Below, piece after piece: positions 1 through 17,746 of a stretch of 64,000 nt of DNA. Each line of letters begins with the position of its first letter. The stretch's first letter is position 1. The notes under the pieces are model-generated. The model did not search any database. It was given only the letters and a program-made list of their open reading frames with translations, and was not told the origin of the DNA. The translations under genes and the position numbers were made by a program. The DNA is from Macrostomum lignano. Taxonomy: Eukaryota. The DNA lies in NCBI GenBank assembly GCA_002269645.1, contig NIVC01000860.1, positions 248,001 to 312,000 on the forward strand, given 5' to 3'.

Positions 1-7367
<7,367 letters not shown>

Positions 7368-7935
7368 AATAACCAAAAAGTTATTTCAGAGTTGAAGCTT
7401 GAGCACAGTGTCACAGCTTTATTTACTCGAGTTGTTTTTGTGGTATTTTTTTATGGTATTACCAATTGAGCAAACAATCCACCCCCGTGATCAGGCCGTT
7501 TGCTCGTCTGTCTGAGAGTTTTATTTCGCCTCGTCGAGCTGTTGTGACGTAAAGGCTAAATTTACCACTCGAATTAAATGTCGTCTCAACACATGCTGCT
7601 ATGTATATGCACAGCTTGGCCTAGCAGTGTTTGCCTATTTCTACCAAGTGCTGCTTCGATTTTTTATTCATCTGAGCTGATAACGCGAGCTGTAGGCAAA
7701 AAAAAGCAAGCAAAGGATTTTTCTCTCGCCGCTGATAAAGCAGCATTTGTTATCGGCTGCACTAAGAAACAGCCGCCGTAGCTAGCCGAGCAATTTACAT
7801 GCAGTTGGCATACATGTAACATGAGCTTTAACTGTTCGTCTAAATCGTCTGGTATCGTAGCTTTTCAAGTAACTTACTGCAACTTTTCTGCCCCCCCCCC
7901 CAGCAAGGGAGATTAGTACAAATCAGAGTGTGTGC

Positions 7936-10900
7936 ACTTGACTTACTTAACTTACTGACTCAGCTGCAGGGGGCTCCGTGCATCCGGATTCAGCGAGGAG
8001 GCGTTACCGCCCATTCCGTTAACCTCTGGCAACCACGGGCAGCTGGTGCTGCGGTGTCGCGAGGAGAGATCCGGTGGTGCCGGTGTCCGTAGCGCGGTCC
8101 CCCTCTGGAGATTCCAGGAGGTGGAGTGGATGGTCGCTAGCCCGGTAGCCCGGTAGACGAGCTGGTAACTTATATTCTCGGGCCTGAAAATGTCGGAGAG
8201 GTCCGGGTTTGGGCCGAGGTAGGTGAGCCTTTCCTGAGTAAAAACGAGGCATTCACAGATGTAGTGCTCCGCATTCTCGACACCGGAGAGGCAGAATGGG
8301 CATTCCTCGCTACGGATATTTCCCTTTTCGCTACCGACTATGGCCTCTTGCCAGGCTTTTGCCACGTACCCGAGGGTAATGCTGGCCTTAAAGAGGTTGC
8401 AAAGGAGGCTGAGAAACCCGTCATTTTTAACTGCATCATGGAGGAAGGCAGGATAAATGTTTTCAGGTCCCGGTGACTTGAAGGGAGAGAAGGATTTTGC
8501 GGCGCGTGCCATCCTCTCTCTGGTAATGATGGTCGAAGCCAGGATCAGTACAGTTGTCCAGTGGGCCGGCCTAGCTGCGGTGCGGTACGTGGGAAAGAGC
8601 TCGTAAGCATGATGTCCAGCGATTCCCCGGGGTTCTCAGCGAGCCGGCCATCCGGTATTTTAATGACTGAGAGCTTTGAAATTTTGTTGAGGGTGAGAGC
8701 CTTGACCACGCGTGAAGTAGGGCGGGTGCCTTCTAACTCCGCGCAGCATTGGCGCCACTTGTCGGACTTGGCTTTCCTGGTTTCACGCTTAAAGTCGTGA
8801 ATCGCGTCGTGGTAAGCGGCCAGGTCAGCTGGTCCTTGCTCTTGCGAGCTTTCCGTTGGGGCACTTCGCATTGCGCCGGAGGGATCCAAGCGCCGGGTGC
8901 CACCAAGGGGAAAATTTATTGCCTTCGTAGGCAATTTTTCCGCGAAAGCCGTCCAGTCCGTGTTCCGGACGTTCTTTTTCCACAGGATGCTAGGCTTGGG
9001 ACAAGAGGATTGCAACCGAAAACGAACGAAGCGATGGTCAGACAGAGACTCCTCTTCGTCCCACACCCCCGGTCCTTGACCAGAGGAGCCAAACCATGGG
9101 AGACGAGGGTTACGTCGAGGGCCTCCATCCATCGCCCGTTGTCGAAGGTGGAGGTTTCACCAATATTCCAAAACTCAGTGTTGGTGGTGCAGATGTAAGC
9201 AAGGAGTTTCTTACCTCTGCTGTTGGAGATATTACTGCCCCAGTGGGTGTTTACGTTTAGAGCAGTAGTCCACGAGGGAGGTGAGGTTGGGGGGAACCAC
9301 GGGGCCATCGCCAGAGATATAAATCGAGGCGATGATGACCGTGCGGTTGGTGATTATGTGGCTGGAATGACACAGAGGTCTCTGTCAGAGAGGTCCGGTC
9401 TGTGCCAGGCTTTGAGATGGGTAGACACGAATATGGCTACTCTGGGGTTTTGGGGGTCCTGCAGACAATCAAAACCAGCAAGAATATTCGGAATCTTACC
9501 TTTTTTCGTCGAGGGCTCTTGAAGCAGGATGATGCCCGGTTTCACGAAGTTTGCCACCTGCATCGGGTTGGTAGAGGCCGCGATGCAGTGGTGCAAGTTA
9601 AGCTGCAGGATGTCCACTCCGGGGATTCCACGAGTGGTCCGCGCGCAGCTTCCTGCCGGCTCAGGGCGAGTTGCGCAAAAGGGCTGTTTTTTCTGCCTCG
9701 GCAATGGCTTCAGCCTCCAGTTCCATGGGCTCCTCCCGGTTGGTCTCCATAGTCGAGGGCGGGGCCGCCACCGGGGCGACATTCTCACTCTCGGCCCGGT
9801 TTTCCGAGGGGGGGGGGCGCAGTGGTGACACTAGGCTGGGGGTTGCTGCGGTTGTTGGCCTTGGCGGTGTCCAGCAGCTGCTTCGCGCGCTGAGTCAAAC
9901 CAGAGCGGATAGTGTTCAGACAAGGATTTCTTTATAACTAGAACCTTTTTCTAGAACCTTAGTTCTAGTTATAGAGAAATCATTGGTTCAGAGCGGGTTT
10001 CCGGCCCTTTCCACGTCCGCCTGTTGCTGCAGCTTTCGCGGCTTTTCCCCTAACGGGGTTCACGTCCTCGGAGGGGTGTGACGAACGGGGGCTTTTTTTC
10101 TAGATCGTTTCCGCCCTGCATAGCTTCCACTCGCCCACTTACGCTTCTCCGGGGGCGCAAGCTGAAGGTTTGAATCTGCATCAGCCCGACAGAGATTAAG
10201 GACATGTCCGGATAGAGGAGCATCCAGCTATCCAACAGTCCGAGGATTGCCGTGAAATGGTCCCCGCCCCCCTTGAAATGGTCACGTGAACTACGACGCC
10301 ATTGGATTAGTAGCCACTAGCAGGCGGCCCAGCTCGTCGGCTTTGGTGATGGAACTGCGAGCCGGAATCCAGGTACTGTGCCGGTGTGTCCGGGTTCGCT
10401 CGTCCTCCCTGTAGATGAACAGGTTTTCCAGCTCCGTACCCCAGTCGAAGGCTTTCAGCATCTCGACGAGCTGCTGCCCAGACTGGCTGTCGGCGGGCTG
10501 GATGTGAAGCGCGTGGTCCTCGACTTTCGTCTTTAGGACTTGGATGATGGTACTGCTCAAAGCCAACTTGACCAGGTGGAAATCCAACCTGCGCCAGACT
10601 TGGTCGAGCTGTTCAGCCGTAAGAGGCGTCTCCTGGCTTTGGATGATCAGGGCCGGTTGCCTCTTGGCCATTGCCGCATGGGTGCGCTTGGGCTTAGTGG
10701 TTTGGCCAGCACCCCCCGCTTTGGATCCCTCTGCGGCCGTGTGATTTACTACACTGGCAGAGGTCCCGCCACGGGAGAAGCCATCCGCATCAGGATCTTC
10801 GGCGGCACTTGACGCTTCCGACCGGCACGCGGGGTCCGCCCCCTTGTCGGATATCGGCCCCTCCGCGGGATTCGCTGAGTCACCGGCACCCTCCTCAGAG

Positions 10901-11779
10901 GCGGCAGAAGGGGCGGCTTTCGCACTCCTCCGTTCCTCCGCTTTGCGCTGGAGAAAGGCTTTGTAGCGAGAAATGCTACGGGCCTTCTTCTTAGAGGTCC
11001 GAGATCCGCTGCCCTGTTGTCCAGCCACTTCACCAGTGTCCTGAGTGGCGGCAGGGGCGCCTTTGAGAGTCACCGGAAGTTCCGGTGTTGCGAATGTCCG
11101 GCTGAGCCACGGTACCAACCTCAGATGGTGCTCCAGCAGCCTTAGGGACGCGTCGGAGGTAAATGAATACTCCATGAGGCGCTGAAAGGTGAATGGGGAC
11201 TAAAGGTGAGAAGCTGCTGGGCCTTAACCCCAAACCCAACAGCCAGCCAAAATAATAGCGGCTTAAGCCCTTACCGGCCCGACCGCTAGCAACCGGGAAA
11301 CTCCCCGGCTGAGCCCGGCTTGGAAAAAACAGAGGCCGAACCAAAGGTCCATCAGCGCGGTACTAAACTGGGGCCTTGAGGGAGGACAAAAGGCTGTCTT
11401 CGGAGCCTGCGAACTGGCCGCATACCCTGCTAAAGTTCAGAGGGTGATGCCTGCTCCCCAGAGTCGTGGCCAGAGGTACCTGATACGCACAGGTTCATCA
11501 TTAAGGAGCCCGTACCCAAAGCGGCCAAGACAGAAGCCAAAGCCACGGATGGGTTGCCGCCGCCGGAGCCCAGTCAGTCCAGCAGCCCCAGAGCTGCCTT
11601 GAACACATACGGGACTTGAACCCCTGGGTCGGCTTGTGAGTCCGCTTGTAGCTAGTTCTCCTGCCATTCCTGCAACCAGAATAGAGGGGGTGCAGGTGTG
11701 TAGGATCGCAGACCTTAGCTCGTAAGCCTGATCTGACTAGCTCATGCTACACAGGCGTGCTGAGCCCACCATTGCATGC
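7936..11779 (-). mobile_element. LOA/Lian-like non-LTR retrotransposon, copy A: both ends intact, RT/RNase H deleted
   Basis: 10-bp TSD GAGTGTGTGC at 7926-7935 and 11780-11789. (TAAG/TCAAG)-like 3' tail. ORF1 ~11175-9661, interrupted. APE endonuclease remnants (ILQLNLHHC..ILLQEP, SDHRFV). The start of RT (KSPGPENI) is joined directly to the C-terminal CPFC..H..C knuckle. Confidence 0.9.
11569..11779 (-). ncRNA. HDV-like self-cleaving ribozyme at 5' end of LINE copy A
   Basis: P1 GCAUGC/GUAUGU, P2 CCCAG/CUGGG, P3 GGG/CCC, L3 UUCAAGU, GU after P1, P4 GGCAGC/GCUGCU, J4/2 CUGA (putative catalytic C at 11577). G1 is the TSD-defined first base. Confidence 0.68.
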
Positions 11780-12434
11780 GAGTGTGTGCGTGCCGAGTGT
11801 GCAGAGTGGATGCAGAGTAGTCGCAGATTATATGCAAAGGGCCTGGCAGAGCATGTGTAGAGAGCAGGAAGAGTGACCATGCACTCTCTAAGTCATCAAA
11901 TTTTCTGTACAGGAAACGACCTTCAATTCAGCGGTAGACGCAGAGAGTCAAAGCCACTGTACACTCTACATGAGCGCGTGCATGAGTACAGTATTCGTGC
12001 ACTTTTATGTGCTGAGGAGACAGCAACGCTTTGAGTCACGGAGTAAAACCTAGTCCTGGCAAACGCATGCTATAATAAGGCGATGGTCGCATATAGGTTT
12101 GTTTGCATAAATTTAGCCTCTCTGTGCGCATTTTACGTCGAATGCTAAAAGAGATTCGACGGAGTACGTTTTTGTTCAACTTTTTTCTGCTACTTTGCTC
12201 ACCTTTTTTTTTCTGGGCACTTAATTCACAGGCTGTGCGTGCTCTGAGAGCGCGGTGGAAACAATAATGCTGCTACATCGTATAGTCGGGTTTACTGGCA
12301 TCTGGGAATGTCCCGCCAAGTTTCAGAGCAATTTAGTCAAGTTCTTCATCTGCCCGAAAAAAGTATTTAAAAAGTTTTTTTCAAGCTTCCCCCTGCTATA
12401 CTGCCTATACTACTCCATCTATCAAAGCGCAGAT

Positions 12435-13589
12435 ATGTGCAAAATTACGTGGGCTCAGCTCTTGCTAATTATACTGATTCTTCAATGTGTTACAGTCTGT
12501 TTTATTACCCTGCGATCGTGGCATCCAAGCTCAGATGGCAAAGTGCAACAGCACCATCCGACTGCAAGTGCAGAAGTTACAGCAGAAACTCCGTACAGTG
12601 ACGACTTCTCCGCCTCATTATCGCGCGTGCTGCAGCGACAGCGATCAAACAGCTGCTTGTACACATTCAACTCGAGTCTGCAGTTGCCGTTGCTGCGACT
12701 TGACTCCCCGGCCGAACTGGATCAGAAGAATCGAGTCCAGGCCGCAGCAGCCTGGCTGTGCTCGTCTGTTGACGTCGTGTTCGCCGCCTCGGTGCGCAAC
12801 GCCATGCGTGGCCTGCCCAGCACGGCCCAGCAGATGCAGCGCCTGGCCAAGAGCTTTCGCAGCGCCGCATTTGTCTTCGTAGAGAACGACAGTTCGGACG
12901 GGACGCGACGCTTCCTGGCCAACTGGCGCCGGAACGACTCCCGCGTGCACCTGCTGGGCTGCGGTGGCACGGACGCCCCGTGCCGCATGAACATCAGCTA
13001 CTCCTCCGGCCGCGCGCACCACCAGGGCTGGTCGATGCGGCGCAGTGAAGCGGAGAAAATCGAACGAAGCGTCGTGATGTCCGCCCTGAGGAACATCTAC
13101 CTGCGATACATTTACCGGCATTTCTACCAGCCTGATCGAGAGACGCTGCTGATCGTTGTTGATGCAGATATAACCTTCCATGCCTGGGATCTGGACGCTA
13201 TCCTGCAGGGCTTACACTACTTTCGTGACAGACCAACGCTACAGTCCGTGTGCGCGCACACTAGGCACTTTATCTACGGCTACGACATGTGTACTCTGGC
13301 GTTTCACCCCGACAAGGTCTTCTCCGAGGCCCCCAAGGAGTCGCCTGTGATTAAGAGCTTCCGCACCAAGTCACCACCGCCTGGCCTCCCTCCCGTGAAG
13401 GTATTCGGCTGCTTCCAGGCCGTCACCGCGTACCGGCTTAGCCACCTTGCCAAGAACCGGATTGAGTACGGACCAGCCCATGGAGAGAGCACCTGCGAGC
13501 ACCTGACACTGTCGAAGCAGCTGACTGAGAACTACCTAGATTTGAACATGAAGCTTTCTGTCTTCAAGCAGAACGAAGGCAACTACTAG
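12435..13589 (+). CDS. Intronless type II membrane GT-A glycosyltransferase, CAP59/GT69-like (384 aa)
   Basis: N-terminal TM (AQLLLIILILQCVTVCFITL); motifs FVENDSSDGT, MSALRNIYL, IVVDAD (DxD), VKVFGCFQAVTAY and CEH; AATAAA at ~13640. ATG 12435 is preferred over the upstream GTG. Confidence 0.75.
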   Translation: MCKITWAQLLLIILILQCVTVCFITLRSWHPSSDGKVQQHHPTASAEVTAETPYSDDFSASLSRVLQRQRSNSCLYTFNSSLQLPLLRLDSPAELDQKNRVQAAAAWLCSSVDVVFAASVRNAMRGLPSTAQQMQRLAKSFRSAAFVFVENDSSDGTRRFLANWRRNDSRVHLLGCGGTDAPCRMNISYSSGRAHHQGWSMRRSEAEKIERSVVMSALRNIYLRYIYRHFYQPDRETLLIVVDADITFHAWDLDAILQGLHYFRDRPTLQSVCAHTRHFIYGYDMCTLAFHPDKVFSEAPKESPVIKSFRTKSPPPGLPPVKVFGCFQAVTAYRLSHLAKNRIEYGPAHGESTCEHLTLSKQLTENYLDLNMKLSVFKQNEGNY

Positions 13590-13959
13590 CAGTTGTAATA
13601 GTATATGTAGTACAACGAAGACACGAACTATTAAATAACAATAAAAAACAAAAATTTTAATAATCTGCATTGCATGATTTTCTACGAGTAGCTACGATTT
13701 TCGTACGCTCCTTTTATACAATACTTTTATGCAGACGCATGCATATGCAGTGGCTTGATTTTTGGTACATGTGTGTACTTCTAACACTTAAAACTGATTA
13801 CAATCACACTGATTAAGACAAATAAAGTATTTCAGGCACCGTGGGATCTTTGCAATTGAGATCTTTACTTACTTACTTAGCTGCAGGGCTGTCCCGGAGG
13901 GGACACAGCGGGAAGGCGCGAGCGCCCATTCCGCTAGTCCCTGAACGGCCGACGCGTCG

Positions 13960-16900
13960 CTATGGACGGAGGGTTGGCGCCGCCCAGGGAGGTCCCCCAG
14001 TGTCGCCAGCAGCTATGGTGCTCTCTGGAAATGAGAGTTCAGCACTGCGGGTGGCCCGAAGGTAGCGGATGAGCTGATTAAAGTTTTTGGGTTTGCACGC
14101 TTCAGTAATAGATGTGTGTGGCCCGAGGTAAGTGAGTCTGGCCCGCGTGAAGGCGGGACAGATGCTGGCGAAATGCTCAGCGGTTTCGTCACCTGAGTTG
14201 CAGAAACTACAGGTGGCGTTGGTGGCGTTGCCTTGCAGGTACTGGTGCCTGGAGAAGCAGCCGTGACCAGAGAGGGTCATGGTGGCAGCCCGGATGTCTC
14301 TGCGCGAGAGGCGCAAGAGGAGCTTCCGAAGCTGGTGAGAGGGCTGAGGGACAGCGCCTCTGGATTGCCTGCAGGTAGTGCAGTTCGCCCAAGTCGAGCG
14401 GTGCTGGGTCCTGATCCACGCTTTGATGCGCGAGTCGATGACACAGCCAGGAATCGGGACAAGGGGTTCGGGACCGAGAGAGGAGCCGGAGGCACCAACT
14501 TTTGCAAGGGTGTCAGCCAACTCATTTCCTCGGATCCCCACATGCCCCGGAACCCACTTAAGGGTAATTTTGTTGGTGGAACCCAACACGTTCAGGAGTT
14601 TGATACAGTCGAGGACTGTAGCAGAGTTGGTGCTGCAGCCACTGATGGCGTGCAAGGCAGCTTGGCTGTCCGAATGGAAAATGATGTTCTTACCAGTAAC
14701 GCCAGTGGCGAGAAGCTCTGCAGTGCAGGAGCTTATGGCCAGAACTTTATTTTGGAAAACACTGGAGTTGACCCCAGTGTATTTATTGAGCGTGGGTAGC
14801 GATGACCCTCCCGTTCAGAAAGATTCCAACACCAAAGCCGGTGTTGGCTGACTGCTTAGAACCGTCGGTGTAGCAATGAAGCTCACCAAGGTTCCATTGG
14901 TCATTGATGTTATCGCGCGAGTCGATAGCTACGGAGTAGCGCTGTCTCAGGTTGAGCGTTGAGGCAATGCGATCGGTGAAGACGCGATTGGCCTGACACT
15001 CGTTGAGAAAGTTGAGGCACAGGTCGCTATGCGGGACAAGGTTCCGCTTAGCAGGTGCTCTCATGTAAATGAATTTGACGCCGGCATCAATTAGACGCCG
15101 CGTCGTTCTAGCCGCCTCACCCCTGACGAAGAGGTCAAGAGGCGGTAGATTAAGGAAGGCCCCATGCCAGCAAAGGGCGTGGACCTGGTGGCGTTGCAGA
15201 TGAGCCTACACGCTCTGCCTTGGATCGTGTTGAGCAGGTCTGCATGGCTTTTGACCTGGGTAGCGCTAACCCAGACAACCGAGGCGTACGTAATGGCAGG
15301 TCTAACTACGGAAGTATAGATCCACCAAAGCCGCTTTGGGGATAGACCCCAAGAAGTGCCAAGTGCTCGTCGGAGCTGGGCCAGGATGGCTGAGGCACGC
15401 TTGGCTTTTGCTTTCACGTGGAAGGACCAGTTGAGCCGGTGGTCAAGTGTGACCCCGAGACATCTGGTCTGGTGCGCGAAGGCAATATCTCTGCCGTAGA
15501 GCTGCAGAGGACGTATGTTCCAGCGTAGTCTGCTGGTAAACATAATGGCAACGGTTTTGGGCTCAGAGAGTTCCAGACCATTGTCATTGGCCCAGGATTC
15601 TGCTTTGCGGATAAAGCTCTGCATCAGATCCCTGAGCGTGCTGGGAGACGGTCCTGCCACAATGGCCGTGACGTCATCAGCATACCCGACTTTGAAGACG
15701 GGGTCGGGTCGGGAGTCACTCAGAAGAGCGTCCATGACCAGGTTCCAGAGCGTCGGGGTGAGGACTCCGCCTTGGGGTCCACCCTTACAGACTCTGGTGG
15801 AGGCAGTTTGCCCAAAAAGTTGGGCAGTGACCGTACGGTTGGAGATCATGTACATGATCCACCGTATGAGGGTAGCATGAGCTTTGCGATTTTGAAGGGC
15901 CCTCTGAAACGCTTCAAAGATAACGTTGTCGAAGGCGCCAACAATGTCACGAAAGAGAGCCAGGGCGTAACCGTCACCCAGTACCGCCCGTTCAATCTTC
16001 TCGACAATCGCATGCAGGGCGCTGTCGGTCGACCTCCCGGTACGGAAGGCGTGCTGATTATTGCTGAGGGGCATCGCTGTCAGCTCGCAGGAGAGCAGCC
16101 GCCAGAGAATAAGCCTCTCAGTGAGCTTAAGCATTGCTGACGTTAAGCTAATAGGCCGGAAGGCCTTGACGCTTTGGTAGTCACCCTTCCCAGGTTTGGG
16201 AATAAAGACTACCCGAGCTTCAGTTCAGCATTTGGGAACGTATCCCAGCTGGATAGAGGCCCGCATAAGATTGCGGGTGAGTCTCAGGAACGAGGGTATC
16301 TTGGCTGCTTCACGAAGGAGAACAGGGTAGATACCATCAGGTCCAGGAGATTTGAAGGGTTTGAAGGTTCTGACCGCACGAGCGGTTAGGTCTTCAGTGA
16401 CAATGCCCGCCGCTAGGGTGGCTCCATCCATCGAATGGTTGGGCTCCGGTCTAGCAGTAGGTATCCTCGGGAAGAATGTGCTAAGCATATGCTGAAGCAC
16501 TTCTTCAGGGTCTTTAGTAAGAGAGCCATCATCTTTTTTATCATGGCTAATTTGGACATTTTGTCCATTGTAAGGGCCTTGACAAGCCTAGAAGTAGGTC
16601 TGTCTTGATCCAATTCATTGCAGAATTGGCGCCACTTACATTCCTTGGCCTTGCGCACTTCAGATTTGAAATTGCGGGAGGCTTGCCGGAAAAGCTCCAT
16701 GTCCTCCGGGTTTCCGGTCTTCATGGCACGGCGATGAAGGCTTTTGGCCTTCCGCCTGAGTTTCCCCAGCTCCGGGCTCCACCACGGCGCCGAGGTCTTG
16801 CCTTTGTAGGCGCGAGCAGGACAAGCCGCTTCGTAGGCTTCAATAATGCAACCTGTCAGCGTCTCAGCCATATGATCCACATCCTCGCAGGTCTCAATCG

Positions 16901-17707
16901 GACGTAAGTCCGTGAGTTCCTGCAGGTGCAGATCAAGGGCAGCCTTGTAGGCCGCCCAATCAGTGTTGCGGATATTGCGTCTCCAAGTGATCAGACTGGG
17001 TTTTAGTGTCCGCGATGTTAAAGGCGATAAAGCAGTGGTCAGACAGGGAGGGCTCCTCAGATAAGACTCTCCACTCCTCAACTCTGTCAAAGAGTCTTGG
17101 GGTAACGAGTGTGGCGTCGAGGACCTCGGTCCATCTGCCATTATTAAAGGTAGCTCGTAGGAGTGCCTCCGCGGTTGCAGAGCATGAGGTTTGTGTTAGA
17201 GATGAGGGCCAGAAGCTCCTCTCCTCTAGTGTTGGTATCTTTGCTGCCCCAGTGCTTGTGGTGCGCGTTGAGGTCGCCCCCTAAGCACAGCTCAGCGTTC
17301 TGGGACTCGCAGTACTGCGCAAGGCACAGTAAACTCTCGGGAGCAGGGTCTCTGTCGCCTGGGATATAAACCGAGGCAACAAGACACGTACGCGGAGAGA
17401 AATTATTAGATTGGATGACACAAAGGTCTCCAACAGAGAGATCAGTCCTCAGCCAAGCCTGGAGATGGCTAGCAGCGAGGATAGCCGCTCTAGGGCGGCT
17501 GTTCCCCGGGCCACACACATAAAAATCAGAGTAGCCAGAGGGAATGTTGGGCAACTTACGGTTGCGCATCCAGGGTTCCTGGATCAGGATGAGGCCTGGC
17601 CTGTACAGCTCAGCAATCTTCATCAGATTTACTGACGCAGATACGCAATGCTGTAAATTTATTTGCAGACAGAATGTCGCTCCTTTGGCAGCGTGGAGCT
17701 TAGTCAT
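13960..17707 (-). pseudogene. ORF2 of LINE B (APE endonuclease, RT, RNase H, C-terminal CCHC) with several frameshifts
   Basis: CLQINLQHC/LIQEP/GGDLNAHH (APE); KSPGPDGI, GPQGGVLTP, GYADD, CLGVTLD (RT); YTDGS and WVPGHVGIRGNELAD (RNase H); CSFC..H...C. Split over at least 6 ORF pieces. Confidence 0.9.
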
Positions 17708-17746
17708 ACTGTATTAAATGCAATGTCTGGCTAGAGCCCAGGGCCA

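Noticed and set aside
7926-7935. Site-specific targeting by the LINEs
   Set aside because: The three TSDs (GAGTGTGTGC, GCAATTGAGATCT, ACTGTACA) share no sequence.
11611-11628. tRNA T-arm-like GGGGTTCAAGTCCC
   Set aside because: No acceptor, D or anticodon arms; better explained as ribozyme P3/L3.
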